Below the pieces are notes generated by a model. It ran no database searches. It worked only from the letters and a program-made list of their open reading frames with translations, and was not told the origin of the DNA. From assembly GCF_009914755.1 (NCBI RefSeq), contig NC_060938.1: a DNA stretch of 64,000 nt; one strand, given 5' to 3'. The position numbers and the translations under genes are program-made. Positions 38,081 to 53,700 of the stretch are shown here, one piece after another. The number at the start of each line of letters is the position of its first letter. Positions within the stretch are counted from its first letter, which is position 1. This stretch comes from the human T2T-CHM13v2.0 reference genome, Homo sapiens.

Positions 38081-41000
38081 GTTTCCAACGAAATCCTCCA
38101 AGCTATCCAAATATCCACTTGCAGATTCCACAGAAAGACTGTTTCAAAACTGCTCTGTCAATAGAAAGGTTCAACTCTGTTAGCTGCGTGCATATATCCC
38201 AAAGAAGATTCTGAGATTGCTTCTGTCTAGTTTTTATGGGAAGATATTTACCTTTTCACCGTAGGCGTCAAGGCTCTCCAAATGTCCACTTCCAGATACT
38301 ACAAAAAGAGTGTTTCAAACCTACTCTGTGGAAGGGAATATTCAACTCTGTGACTTGAATGCACATATCACAAAGAAGTTTCTGAGAATGCTTCTGTCGA
38401 GATTTTATATGAAGATATTCCCGTTTCCAACAAAATCCTGAAATCTATCCAAATATCCCCTCGCAGATTCTACAAAAAGAGTGTTTCAAAACTGCTCTGT
38501 AAAAAGAATGGTTCAACTCTGTTAGTTGAGTACACACATCACAAACAAGTTTCACAGAATGCTTCTTTCTAGCTTGTAGGGAAAGATATTCCCTTTATCA
38601 CCATGGGCCTCAAACCGTCCGAAACGTCCACTTCCATATACTACAAAAAGAGCGTTTCAAACCTGCTCTATGAAAGGCAATGTTCAACTCCGTGACTTGA
38701 ATGCAGACATCACAGAGCAGTTTCTGAGAATGCTTCTGTCTAGATTTTATAGGAAGATATTCCCGTTTCCAGCGAAATCTTCACAGATATCCAAATATCC
38801 ACTTGCAGATTCTACAAAAAGAGTGTATCAAAACTGCTCTGTCAAAAGGAAAGTTCTTCTCTGCTAGTTGAGTACATACGTCATAAAGAAGTTTCTGAGA
38901 ATGTTTCTGTCTAGTGGTTATGGGAAGATATTTGCTTTTTCCCCGTAGGCCTCAAAGCGCTCCAAATGTCCACTTGCACATACTTAAAAAGAGTGCTTCA
39001 AAGCTGCTCTCTGAAAGGGAATGTTCAACTCTATGAGTTGAATGCAAACATCACAAAGACGTTTCTGAGAATGCTTCTGTCTAGATTTGATATGAAGATA
39101 TTCCCGTTTCCAACGAAATCTTCAAATCTATCCAAATGTCCACTTGCAGATTCAACAAAGTGTTTTTCAAAACTGCTGTATCAAAAGAAAGATCCACCTC
39201 TGTTAGCTGAGTTCACACTTCACAAACAAGTTTATCAGAATTCTTCTGTCTAGTTTTTATTTGAAGATATATCCTTTCTCACTATAGACCTGAAAGCTGT
39301 CCTAATGTTCACTTCTAGATACTACAGAGTGTTTCAAAACTGCTGTATGAAAGGGAATGTTCAACTCTGTGACTTGAATGCACACATCACAAGGAAGTTT
39401 CTGAGGATGCTGCTGTCTAATTTTTATACGTAATCCCGTTTCCAACGAAATCCTCCAAGCTATCCAAATATCCACCTGCAGATTCCACAGAAAGACTTTT
39501 TCAAAACTGCTCTGTCAATAGAAAGGTTCAACTCTGTTAGCTGCGTGCAAATATCCCAAAGAAGATTCTGAGATTGCTTCTGTCTAGTTTTTATGGGAAG
39601 ATATTTCCCTTTTCACCGTAGGTGTCAAGGCGCTCCAAATGTCCACTTCCAGATACTACAAAAAGAGTGTTTCAAACCTACTCTGTGAAAGGGAATATTC
39701 AACTCTGTGACTTGAATGCACATATCACAAAGAAGTTTCTGAGAATGCTTCTGTCGAGATTTTATATGAAGATATCCCCGTTTCCAACGAAATCCTGAAA
39801 TCTATCCAAATATCCCCTCGCAGATTCTACAAAAAGAGTGTTTCAAAACTGCTCTGTAAAAAGAAAGGTTCAACTCTGTTAGTTGAGTACACACATCACA
39901 AACAAGTTTCACAGAATGCTTCTTTCTAGCTTATAGGGGAAGATATTCCCTTTATCACCATGGGCCTCAAACCGTCCGAAACGTCCACTTCCATATACTA
40001 CAAAAAGAGCGTTTCAAACCTGCTCTATGAAAGGCAATGTTCAACTCCGTGACTTCAATGCAGACATCACAGAGCAGTTTCTGAGAATGCTTCTGTCTAG
40101 ATTTTATAGGAAGATATTCCCGTTTCCAACGAAATCTTCACAGCTATCCAAATATCCACTTGCAGATTCTACAAAAAGAGTGTATCAAAACTACTCTGTC
40201 AAAAGGAAGGTTCTTCTCTATTAGTTGAGTACATACGTCATAAAGGAGTTTCTGAGAATGTTTCTGTCTAGTGGTTATGAGAAGATATTTGCTTTTTCAC
40301 CGTAGGCCTCAGAGCGCTCCAAATATCCACTTCCACATACTACAAAAAGAGTGCTTCAAAGCTGCTCTCTGAAAGGGAATGTTCAACTCTATGAGTTGAA
40401 TGCAAACATCACAAAGACGTTTCTGAGAATGCTTCTGTCTAGATTTGATATGAAAATATTCCGGTTTCCAAAGAAATCTTCAAATCTATCCAAATGTCCA
40501 CTTGCAGATTCAACAAAAAGTGTTTTTCAGAACTGCTCTATCAAAAGAAAGATCCACCTCTGTTAGCTGAGTTCACACATCACAAACAAGTTTATGAGAA
40601 TGCTTCTGTCTAGTTTTTATGTGAAGATATTTCCTTTCTCACCGTAGACCTGAAAGCTGTCCTAATGTTCACTTCCAGATACTACAGAAAGAGTGTTTCA
40701 AAACTGCTGTACGAAAGGGAATGTTCAACTCTGTGACTTGAATGCACACATCACAAAGAAGTTTCTGAGGATGCTGCTGTCTACTTTTTATACGTAATCC
40801 CGTTTCCAATGAAATCCTCCAAGCTATCTAAATATCCACTTGCAGATTCCACAGAAAGACTGTTTCAAAACTGCTCTGTCAATAGAAAGGTTCAACTCTG
40901 TTAGCTGCGTGCATATATCTCAAGGAAGATTCTGAGATAGCTTCTGTCTAGTTTTTATGGGAAGATATTTCCCTTTTCACCGTAGGCGTCAAGGCGCTCC

Positions 41001-41715
41001 AAATGTCCACTTCCAGATACTACAAAAAGACTGTTTCAAACCTACTCTGTGAAAGGGAATATTCAACTCTGTGACTTGAAAGCACATATCACAAAGAAGT
41101 TTCTGAGAATGCTTCTGTCGAGATTTTATATGAAGATATTCCCGTTTCCAACGAAATCCTGAAATCTATCCAAATATCCCCTCGCAGATTCTACAAAAAG
41201 AGTGTTTCAAAACTGCTCTGTAAAAAGAAAGGTTCAACTCTGTCAGTTGAGTACACCCATCACAAACAAGTTTCACAGAATGCTTCTTTCTAGCTTGTAG
41301 GGGAAGATATTCCCTTTATTACCATGGGCCTCAAACCGTCCGAAACGTCCACTTCCATATACTACAAAAAGAGCGTTTCAAACCTCCTCTATGAAAGGCA
41401 ATGTTCAACTCTGTGACTTGAATGCAGACATCACAGAGCAGTTTCTGAGAATGCTTCTGTCTAGATTTTATAGGAAGATATTCCCGTTTCCAACGAAATC
41501 TTCACAGCTATCCAAATATCCACTTGCAGATTCTACAAAAAGAGTGTATCAAAACTGCTCTGTCAAAAGGAAGGTTCTTCTCTGTTAGGTGAGTGCATAC
41601 GTCATAAAGGAGTTTCTGAGAATGTTTCTGTCTAGTGGTTATGGGAAGATATTTGCTTTTTCCCCGTAGGCCTCAAAGCGCTCCAAATGTCCACTTGCAC
41701 ATACTACAAAAAGAG

Positions 41716-44700
41716 TGCTTCAAAGCTGCTCTCTGAAAGGGAATGTTCAACTCTATGAGTTGAATGCATACATCACAAAGACGTTTCTGAGAATGCTTCT
41801 GTCTAGATTTGATATGAAGATATTCCCGTTTCCAACGAAATCATCAAATCTATCCAAATGTCCACTTGCAGATTCAACAAAGTGTTTTTCAAAACTGCTG
41901 TATCAAAAGAAAGATCCACCTCTGTTAGCTGAGTTCACACTTCACAAACAAGTTTATCAGAAAGCTTCTGTCTAGTTTTTATTTGAAGATATATCCTTTC
42001 CAACTATAGACATGAAAGCTCTCCTAAAATTCACTTCCAGATACTACAGAAAGAGTGTTTCAAAACTGATGTATGAAAGGGAATGTTCAACTCTGTGACT
42101 TGAATGCACACATCACAAAGAAGTTTCTGAGGATGCTGCTGTCTACTTTTTATACGTAATCGCGTTTCCAACGAAATCCTCCAAGCTATCCAAATATCCA
42201 CTTGCAGATTCCACAGAAAGACTGTTTCAAAACTGCTCTGTCAATAGAAAGGTTCAACTCTGCTAGCTACGTGCATATATCCCAAAGAAGATTCTGAGAT
42301 TGCTTCTGTCTAGTTTTTATGGGAAGATATTTCCCTTTTCACCGTAGGCGTGAAGGCGCTCCAAATGTCCACTTCCAGATACTACAAAAAGAGTGTTTCA
42401 AACCTACTATGTGAAAGGGAATATTCAACTCTGTGACTTCAATGCAGATATCACAAAGAAGTTTCTGAGAAGGCTTCTGCCGAGATTTTCAAAGAAGATA
42501 TTCCCGTTTCCAAGGAAATCCTGATATCTATCCAAATATCTCCACGCAGATTCTACAAAAAGAGTGTTTCAAAACTGCTCTGTAAAAAGAAAGGTTCAAC
42601 TCTGTTAGTTGAGTACACACATCACAAACAAGTTTCACAGAATGCTTCTTTCTAGCTGGTAGGGGAAGATATTCCCTTTATCACCATGGGCCTCAAACCG
42701 TCTGAAACGTCCACTTCCATATACTACAAAAAGAGCGTTTCAAACCTGCTCTATGAAAGGCAATGTTCAACTCTGTGACTTGAATGCACACATCACAGAG
42801 CAGTTTCTGAGAATGCTTCTGTCTAGATTTTATAGGAAGATATTCCCGTTTCCAACGAAATCTTCACAGCTATCCAAATATCCACTTGCAGATTCTACAA
42901 AAAGAGTGTATCAAAACTGCTCTGTCAAAAGGAAGGTTCTTCTCTGTTAGTTGAGTACATACGTCATAAAGGAGTTTCTGAGAATGTTTCTGTCTAGTGG
43001 TTAAGGGAAGATATTTGCTTTTTCACCGTAGGCCTCAGAGCGCTCCAAATATCCACTTGCACATACTACAAAAAGAGTGCTTCAAAGCTGCTCTCTGAAA
43101 CGGAATGTTCAACTCTATGAGTTGAATGCAAACATCACAAAGACGTTTCTGAGACTGCTTCTGTCTAGATTTGATATGAAGATATTCCCGTTTCCAACGA
43201 AATCTTCAAATCTATCCAAATGTCCACTTTCAGATTCAACAAAAAGTGTTTTTCAGAACTGCTCTATCAAAAGAAAGATCCACCTCTGTTAGCTGAGTTC
43301 ACACATCACAAACAAGTTTATGAGAACGCTTCTGTCTAGTTTTTATTTGAAGATATTTCCTTTCTCACCATAGACCTGAAAGCTGTCCTAATGTTCACTT
43401 CCAGATACTACAGAAAGAGTGTTTCAAAACTGCTGTACGAAAGGGAATGTTCAACTCTGTGACTTGAATGCACACATCACAAAGAAGTTTCTGAGGATGC
43501 TGCTGTCTACTTTTTATACGTAATCCCGTTTCCAACGAAATCCTCCAAGCTATCTAAATATCCACTTGCAGATTCCACAGAAAGACTGTTTCAAAACTGC
43601 TCTGTCAATAGAAAGGTTCAACTCTGTTAGCTGCGTGCATATATCCCAAAGAAGATTCTGAGATTGCTTCTGTCTAGTTTTTATGGGAAGATATTTCCCT
43701 TTTCACCGTAGGCGTCAAGGCGCTCCAAATGTCCACTTCCAGATACTACAAAAAGAGTGTTTCAAACCTACTCTGTGGAAGGGAATATTCAACTCTGTGA
43801 CTTGAATGCACATATCACAAAGAAGTTTCTGAGAATGCTTCTGTCGAGATTTTATATGAAGATATTCCCGTTTCCAACAAAATCCTGAAATCTATCCAAA
43901 TATCCCCTCGCAGATTCTACAAAAAGAGTGTTTCAAAACTGCTCTGTAAAAAGAATGGTTCAACTCTGTTAGTTGAGTACACACATCACAAACAAGTTTC
44001 ACAGAATGCTTCTTTCTAGCTTGTAGGGGAAGATATTCCCTTTATCACCATGGGCCTCAAACCGTCCGAAACGTCCACTTCCATATACTACAAAAAGAGC
44101 GTTTCAAACCTGCTCTATGAAAGGCAATGTTCAACTCCGTGACTTGAATGCAGACATCACAGAGCAGTTTCTGAGAATGCTTCTGTCTAGATTTTATAGG
44201 AAGATATTCCCGTTTCCAGCGAAATCTTCACAGATATCCAAATATCCACTTGCAGATTCTACAAAAAGAGTGTATCAAAACTGCTCTGTCAAAAGGAAAG
44301 TTCTTCTCTGCTAGTTGAGTACATACGTCATAAAGAAGGTTCTGAGAATGTTTCTGTCTAGGGGTTATGGGAAGATATTTACTTTTTCCCCGTAGGCCTC
44401 AAAGCGCTCCAAATGTCCACTTGCACATACTTAAAAAGAGTGCTTCAAAGCTGCTCTCTGAAAGGGAATGTTCAACTCTATGAGTTGAATGCAAACATCA
44501 CAAAGACGTTTCTGAGAATGCTTCTGTCTAGATTTGATATGAAGATATTCCCGTTTCCAACGAAATCTTCAAATCTATCCAAATGTCCACTTGCAGATTC
44601 AACAAAGTGTTTTTCAAAACTGCTGTATCAAAAGAAAGATCCACCTCTGTTAGCTGAGTTCACACTTCACAAACAAGTTTATCAGAACTCTTCTGTCTAG

Positions 44701-47700
44701 TTTTTATTTGAAGATATATCCTTTCTCACTATAGACCTGAAAGCTGTCCTAATGTTCACTTCCAGATACTACAGAGTGTTTCAAAACTGCTGTATGAAAG
44801 GGAATGTTCAACTCTGTGACTTGAATGCACACATCACAAAGAAGTTTCTGAGGATGCTGCTGTCTAATTTTTATACGTAATCCCGTTTCCAATGAAATCC
44901 TCCAAGCTATCCAAATATCCACTTGCAGATTCCACAGAAAGACTGTTTCAAAACTGCTCTGTCAATAGAAAGGTTCAACTCTGTTAGCTGCGTGCAAATA
45001 TCCCAAAGAAGATTCTGAGATTGCTTCTGTCTAGTTTTTATGGGAAGATATTTCCCTTTTCACCGTAGGCGTCAAGGCGCTCCAAATGTCCACTTCCAGA
45101 TACTACAAAAAGAGTGTTTCAAACCTACTCTGTGAAAGGGAATATTCAACTCTGTGACTTGAATGCACATATCACAAAGAAGTTTCTGAGAATGCTTCTG
45201 TCGAGATTTTATATGAAGATATTCCCGTTTCCAACGAAATCCTGAAATCTATCCAAATATCCCCTCGCAGATTCTACAAAAAGAGTGTTTCAAAACTGCT
45301 CTGCAAAAAGAAAGGTTCAACTCTGTTAGTTGAGTACACACATCACAAACAAGTTTCACAGAATGCTTCTTTCTAGCTTGTAGGGGAAGATATTTCCTTT
45401 ATCACCATGGGCCTCAAACCGTCCGAAACGTCCACTTCCATATACTAAAAAAAGAGTGCTTGAAACCTGCTCTATGAAAGGCAATGTTCAACTCTGTGAC
45501 ATGAAAGCAAACATCACAGAGCAGTTTCTGAGAATGCTTCTGTCCGGACTTTATAGGAAGATATTCCCGATTCCAACGAAATCTTCACATCTATCCAAAT
45601 ATCCACTTGCAGATACTACAAAAAGAGTGTATCAAAAATGCTCTGTCAAGAGGACAGTTCTTCTCTGCTAGTTGAGTACATACGTCATAAAGAAGTTTCT
45701 GAGAATGTTTCTGTCTAGTGGTTATGGGAAGATATTTGCTTTTTCCCCGTAGGCCTCAGGGCGCTCCAAATATCCAGTTGCACATACTACAAAAAGAGTG
45801 CTTCAAAGCTGCTCTCTGAAACGGAATGTTCAACTCTATGAGTTGAATGCAAACATCACAAAGACGTTTCTGAGAATGCTTCTGTCTAGATTTGATATGA
45901 AGATATTCCCGTTTCCAACGAAATCTTCAAATCTATCCAAATGTCCACTTGCAGATTCAACAAAAAGTGTTTTTCAGAACTGCTCTATCAAAAGAAAGAT
46001 CCACCTCTGTTAGCTGAGTTCACACATCACAAACAAGTTTATGAGAATGCTTCTGTCTAGTTTTTATTTGAAGATATTTCCTTTCTCACCATAGACCTGA
46101 AAGCTGTCCTAATGTTCACTTCCAGATACTACAGAAAGAGTGTTTCAAAACTGCTGTACGAAAGGGAATGTTCAACTCTGTGACTTGAATGCACACATCA
46201 CAAAGAAGTTTCTGAGGATGCTGCTGTCTACTTTTTATACGTAATCCCGTTTCCAACGAAATCCTCCATGCTATCCAAATATCCACTTGCAGATTCCACA
46301 GAAAGACTGTTTCAAAACTGCTCTGTCAATAGAAAGGTTCAACTCTGTTAGCTGTGTGCATATATCTCAAAGAAAATTCTGAGATTGCTTCTGTCTAGTT
46401 TTTATGGGAAGATATTTCCCTTTTCACCGTAGGCGTCAAGGCGCTCCAAATGTCCACTTCCAGATACTACAAAAAGAGTGTTTCAAACCTACTCTGTGAA
46501 AGGGAATATTCAACTCTGTTACTTGAATGCAGATATCACAAAGAAGTTTCTGAGAATGCTTCTGTCGAGATTTTATATGAAGATATTCCCGTTTCCAACG
46601 AAATCCTGAAATCTATCCAAATATCCCCTCGCAGATTCTACAAAAAGAGTGTTTCAAAACTGCTCTGTAAAAAGAAAGGTTCAACTCTGTTAGTTGAGTA
46701 CACACATCACAAACAAGTTTCACAGAATGCTTCTTTCTACCTGGTAGGGGAAGATATTCCCTTTATCACCATGGGCCTCAAACCGTCCGAAACGTCCACT
46801 TCCATATACTACAAAAAGAGCGTTTCAAACCTGCTCTATGAAAGGCAATGTTCAACTCTGTGACTTGAATGCAGACATCACAGAGCAGTTTCTGAGAATG
46901 CTTCCGTCTAAATTTTATAGGAAGATATTCCCCTTTCCAACGAAATCTTCACAGCTATCCAAATATCCACTTGCAGATTCTACAAAAAGAGTGTATCAAA
47001 ACTGCTCTGTCAAAAGGAAGGTTCTTCTCTGTTAGGTGAGTGCATACGTCATAAAGGAGTTTCTGAGAATGTTTCTGTCTACTGGTTATGGGAAGATATT
47101 TGCTTTTTCACCATAGGCCTCAGAGCGCTCCAAATATCCACTTGCACATACTACAAAAAGAGTGCTTCAAAGCTGCTCTCTGAACGGGAATGTTCAACTC
47201 TATGAGTTGAATGCTAACATCACAAAGACGTTTCTGAGAATGCTTCTGTCTAGATTTGATATGAAGATATTCCCGTTTCCAACGAAATCTTCAAATCTAT
47301 CCAAATGTGCACTTGCAGATTCAACAAAAAGTGTTTTTCAAAACTGCTCTATCAAAAGAAAGATCCACCTCTGTTAGCTGAGTTCACACATCACAAACAA
47401 GTTTATGAGAATGCTTCTGTCTAGTTTTTATTTGAAGATATTTCCTTTCTCACCATAGAGCTGAAAGCTGTCCTAATGTTCACTTCCAGATACTACAGAA
47501 AGAGTGTTTCAAAACTGCTGTACGAAAGGGAATGTTCAACTCTGTGACTTGAATGCACACATCACAAAGAAGTTTCTGAGGATGCTGCTGTCTACTTTTT
47601 ATACGTAATCCCGTTTCCAATGAAATCCTCCAAGCTATCCAAATATCCACTTGCAGATTCCACAGAAAGACTGTTTCAAAACTGCTCTGTCAATAGAAAA

Positions 47701-50700
47701 GTTCAACTCTGTTAGCTGTGTCCATATATCCCAAAGAAGATTCTGAGACTGCTTCTGTCTAGTTTTTATGGGAAGATATTTCCCTTTTCACCGTAGGCGT
47801 CAAGGCGATCCAAATGTCCACTTCCAGATACTACAAAAAGATTGTTTCAAACTTACTCTGTGAAAGGGAATATTCAACTCTGTGACTTGAATGCCGATAT
47901 CACAAAGAAGTTTCTGAGAATGCTTCTGTCGAGATTTTATATGAAGATATTCCCGTTCCCAACGAAATCTTGAAATCTATCCAAATACCCCTCGCAGATT
48001 CTACAAAAAGAGTGTTTCAAAACTGCTCTGTAAAAGAAAGGTTCAACTCTGTTAGTTGAGTACACACATCACAAACAAGTTTCACAGAATGCTTCTTTCT
48101 AGCTTGTAGGGGAAGATATTTCCTTTATCACCATGGGCCTTAAACCGTCCGAAACGTCCACTTCCATATACTAAAAAAAGAGTGTTTGAAACCTGCTCTA
48201 TGAAAGGCAATGTTCAACTCTGTGACTTGAATGCAGACATCACAGAGCAGTTTCTGAGAATGCTTCTGTCCAGACTTTATAGGAAGATATTCCCGATTCC
48301 AACGAAATCTTCACAGCTATCCAAATATCCACTTGCAGATACTACAAAAAGAGTGTATCAAAAAAGCTCTGTCAAAAGGAAAGTTCTTTTCTGCTAGTTG
48401 ACTACATACGTCATAAAGAAGTTTCTGAGAATGTTTCTGTCTAGTTGTTATGGGAAGATATTTGCTTTTTCCCCGTAGGCCTCAGAGCGTTCCAAATGTC
48501 CACTTGAACATACTACAAAAAGAGTGCTTCAAAGCTGCTCTCTGAAAGGGAATGTTCAACTCTATGAGTTCAATGCAAACATCACAAAGACGTTTCTGAG
48601 AATGCTTCTGTCTAGATTTGTTATGAAGATATACCCGTTTCCAACGAAATCTTCAAATCTATGCAAATGTCCACTTGCAGATTCAACAAAGTGTTTTTCA
48701 AAACTGCTGTATCAAAAGAAAGATCCACCTGTGTTAGCTGAGTTCACACTTCACAAACAAGTTTATCAGAATTCTTCTGTCTAGTTTTTATTTGAAGATA
48801 TTTCCTTTCTCACCATAGACCTGAAAGCTCTCCTAATGTTCACTTCCAGACACTACAGAAAGAGTGTTTCAAAACTGCTGTATGAAAGGGAATGTTCAAC
48901 TCTGTGACTTGAATGCACACATCACAAAGAAGTTTCTGAGGATGCTGCAGTCTACTTTTTATACGTAATCCCGTTTCCAAAGAAAACCTCCAAGCTATCC
49001 AAATATCCACTTGCAGATTCCACAGAAAGACTGTTTCAAAACTGCTCTGTCAATAGAAAGGTTCAACTCTGTTAGCTCCGTGCATATATCCCAAAGAAGA
49101 TTCTGAGATTGCTTCTGTCTAGTTTTTATGGGAAGATATTTCCCTTTTCACCGTAGGCGTCAAGGCGCTCCAAATGTCCACTTCCAGATACTACAAAAAG
49201 AGTGTTCCAATCCTACTCTGTGAAAGGGAATATTCAACTCTGTGACTTGAATGCAGATATCACAAAGAAGTTTCTGAGAATGCTTCTGTCGAGATTTTAT
49301 ATGAAGATATTCCCGTTTCCAACGAAATCCTGAAATCTATCCAAATATCCCCTCGCAGATTCTACAAAAAGAGTGTTTCAAAACTGCTCTGTAAAAAGAA
49401 AGGTTCAACTCTGTTAGTTGAGTACACACATCACAAACAAGTTTCACAGAATGCTTCTTTCTAGCTTGTAGGGGAAGATATTTCCTTTATCACCATGGTC
49501 CTCAAAATGTCCGAAACGTCCACTTCCATAAACTAAAAAAAGAGTGTTTGAAACCTGCTCTATGAAAAGCAATGTTCAACTCTGTGACTTGAATGCAGAC
49601 ATCACAGAGCAGTTTCTGAGAATGCTTCTGTCCAGACTTTATAGGAAGATATTCCCGTTTCCAACGATATCTTCACAGCTATCCAAATATCCACTTGCAG
49701 ATACTACAAAAAGAGTGTATCAAAAATGCTCTGTCAAAAGGAAAGTTCTTCTCTGCTAGTTGAGTACATACGTCATAAAGAAGTTTCTGAGAATGTTTCT
49801 GTCTAGTGGTTATGGGAAGATACTTGCTTTTTCCCCGTAGGCCTCAGAGCGCTCCAAATGTCAACTTGCACATGCTACAAAAAGAGTGCTTCAAAGCTGC
49901 TCTCTGAAGCGGAATGTTCAACTCTATGAGTTGAATGCAAACATCACAAAGACGTTTCTGAGAATGCTTCTGTCTAGATTTGATATGAAGATATTCCCGT
50001 TTCCAACGAAATCTTCAAATCTATCCAAATGTCCACTTGCAGATTCAACAAAAAGTGTTTTTCAAAACTGCTATATCAAAAGAAAGATCCACCTCTGTTA
50101 GCTGAGTTCACACATCACAAACAAGTTTATGAGAATGCTTCTGTCTAGTTTTTATTTGAAGATATTTCCTTTCTCACCATAGACCTGAAAGCTGTCCTAA
50201 TGTTCACTTCCAGATACTACAGAAAGAGTGTTTCAAAACTGCTGTACGAAAGGGAATGTTCAACTCTGTGACTTGAATGCACACATCACAAAGAAGTTTC
50301 TGAGGATGCTGCTGTCTACTTTTTATATGTAATCCCGTTTCCAACGAAATCCTCCAAGCTATCCAAATATCCACTTCCAGATTCCACAGAAAGACTGTTT
50401 CAAAACTCCTCTGTCAATAGAAAGGTTCAACTCTGTTAGCTGCGTGCATATATCCCAAAGAAGATTCTGAGATTGCTTCTGTCTGGTTTTTATGGGAAGA
50501 TATTTCCCTTTTCACCGTAGATGTCAAGGCGCTCCAAATGTCCACTTCCAGATACTACAAAAAGAGTGTTTCAAACCTACTCTGTGAAAGGGAATATTCA
50601 ACTCTGTGACTTGAATGCACGTATCACAAAGAAGTTTCTGAGAATGCTTCTGCCGAGATTTTATATGAAGATATTCCCGTTTCCAACGAAATGCTGAAAT

Positions 50701-53700
50701 CTATCCAAATATCCCCTCGCAGATTCTACAAAAAGAGTGTTTCAAAACTGCTCTGTGAAAAGAAAGGTTCATCTCTGTTAGTTGAGTACACACATCACAA
50801 ACAAGTTTCACAGAATGCTTCTTTCTAGCTTGTAGGGGAAGATATTCCCTTTATCACCATGGGCCTCAAACCGTCCGAAACGTCCACTTCCATATACTAC
50901 AAAAAGAGCGTTTCAAACCTGCTCTATGAAAGGCAATGTTCAACTCTGTGACTTGAATGCAGACATCACAGAGCAGTTTCTGAGAATGCTTCTGTCTAGA
51001 TTTTATAGGAAGATATTCCCGTTTCCAACGAAATCTTCACAGCTATCCAAATATCCACTTGCAGATTCTACAAAAAGAGTGTATCAAAACTGCTCTGTCA
51101 AACGGAAGGTTCTTCTCTGTTAGTTGAGTACATACGTCATAAAGGAGTTTCTGAGAATGTTTCTGTCTAGTGGTTATGGGAAGATATTTGCTTTTTCCCC
51201 GTAGGCCTCAAAGCGCTCCAAATATCCACTTGAACATACTACAAAAAGAGTGCTTCAAAGCTGCTCTCTGAAAGGGAATGTTCAACTCTATGAGTTGAAT
51301 GCAAACATCACAAAGACGTTTCTGAGAATGCTTCTGTCTAGATTTGATAAGAAGATATTCCCGTTTCCAACGAAATCTTCAAATCTATCCAAATGTCCAC
51401 TTGCAGATTCAACAAAGTGTTTTTCAAAACTGCTGTATCAAAAGAAAGATCCACCTGTGTTAGCTGAGTTCACACTTCACAAACAAGTTTATCAGAATTC
51501 TTCTGTCTAGTTTTTATTTGAAGATATATCCTTTCTCACTATAGACCTGAAAGCTCTCCTAATGTTCACTTCCAGATACTACAGAAAGAGTGTTTCAAAA
51601 CTGCTGTACGAAAGGGAATGTTCATCTCTGTGACTTGAATGCACACATCACAAGGAAGTTTCTGAGGATGCTGCTGTCTAATTTTTATACGTAATCCCGT
51701 TACCAACGAAATCCTCCAAGCTATCCAAATATCCACTTGCAGATTCCACAGAAAGACTGTTTCAAAACTGCTCTGTCAATAGAAAGGTTCAACTCTGTTA
51801 GCTGCGTGCATATATCCCAAAGAAGATTCTGAGATTGCTTCTGTCTAGTTTTTATGGGAAGATATTGCCCTTTTCACCGTAGGCGTCGAGGCGCTCCAAA
51901 TGTCCACTTCCAGATACTACAAAAAGAGTGTTTCAAACCTACTCTGTGAAAGGGAATATTCAACTCTGTGACTTGAATGCACATATCACAAAGAAGTTTC
52001 TGAGAATGCTTCTGTCGAGATTTTATATGAAGATATTCCCGTTTCCAACGAAATCCTGAAATCTATCCAAATATCCCCTCGCAGATTCTACAAAAAGAGT
52101 GTTTCAAAACTGCTCTGTAAAAAGAAAGGTTCAACTCTGTTAGTTGAGTACACACATCACAAACAAGTTTCACAGAATGCTTCTTTCTAGCTTCTAGGGG
52201 AAGATATTTCCTTTATCACCATGGGCCTCAAACCGTCCGAAACGTCCACTTCCATATACTAAAAAAAGAGTGCTTGAAACCTGCTCTATGAAAGGCAATG
52301 TTCAACTCTGTGACATGAAAGCAAACATCACAGAGCAGTTTCTGAGAATGCTTCTGTCCGGACTTTATAGGAAGATATTCCCGATTCCAACGAAATCTTC
52401 ACAGCTATCCAAATATCCACTTGCAGATACTACAAAAAGAGTGTATCAAAAATGCTCTGTCAAGAGGACAGTTCTTCTCTGCTAGTTGAGTACATACGTC
52501 ATAAAGAAGTTTCTGAGAATGTTTCTGTCTAGTGGTTATGGGAAGATATTTGCTTTTTCCCCGTAGGCCTCAGAGCGCTCCAAATATCCAGTTGCACATA
52601 CTACAAAAAGAGTGCTTCAAAGCTGCTCTCTGAAACGGAATGTTCAACTCTATGAGTTGAATGCAAACATCACAAAGACGTTTCTGAGAATGCTTCTGTC
52701 TAGATTTGATATGAAGATATTCCCGTTTCCAACGAAATCTTCAAATCTATCCAAATGTCCACTTGCAGATTCAACAAAAAGTGTTTTTCAGAACTGCTCT
52801 ATCAAAAGAAAGATCCACCTCTGTTAGCTGAGTTCACACATCACAAACAAGTTTATGAGAATGCTTCTGTCTAGTTTTTATTTGAAGATATTTCCTTTCT
52901 CACCATAGACCTGAAAGCTGTCCTAATGTTCACTTCCAGATACTACAGAAAGAGTGTTTCAAAACTGCTGTACGAAAGGGAATGTTCAACTCTGTGACTT
53001 GAATGCACACATCAAAAAGAAGTTTCTGAGGATGCTGCTGTCTACTTTTTATACGTAATCCCGTTTCCAACGAAATCCTCCAAGCTATCCAAATATCCAC
53101 TTGCAGATTCCACAGAAAGACTGTTTCAAAACTGCTCTGTCAATAGAAAGGTTCAACTCTGTTAGCTGCGTGCATATATCCCAAAGAAGATTCTGAGATT
53201 GCTTCTGTCTAGTTTTTATGGGAAGATATTTCCCTTTTCACCGTAGGCGTCAAGGCGCTCCAAATGTCCACTTCCAGATACTTCAAAAAGAGTGTTTCAA
53301 ACCTACTCTGTGAAAGGGAATATTCAAGTCTGTGACTTGAATGCACATATCACAAGGAAGTTTCTGAGAATGCTTCTGTCGAGATTTTATATGAAGATAT
53401 TCCCGTTTCCAACGAAATGCTGAAATGTATCCAAATATCCCCTCGCAGATTCTACAAAAAGAGTGTTTCAAAACTGCTCTGTAAAAAGAAAGGTTCAACT
53501 CTGTTAGTTGAGTACACACATCACAAACAAGTTTCACAGAATGCTTCTTTCTAGCTTGTAGGGGAAGATATTCCCTTTATCACCATGGGCCTCAAACCGT
53601 CCGAAAAGTCCACTTCCATATACTACAAAAAGAGCGTTTCAAACCTGCTCTATGAAAGGCAATGTTCAACTCTGTGACTTGAATGCAGACATCACAGAGC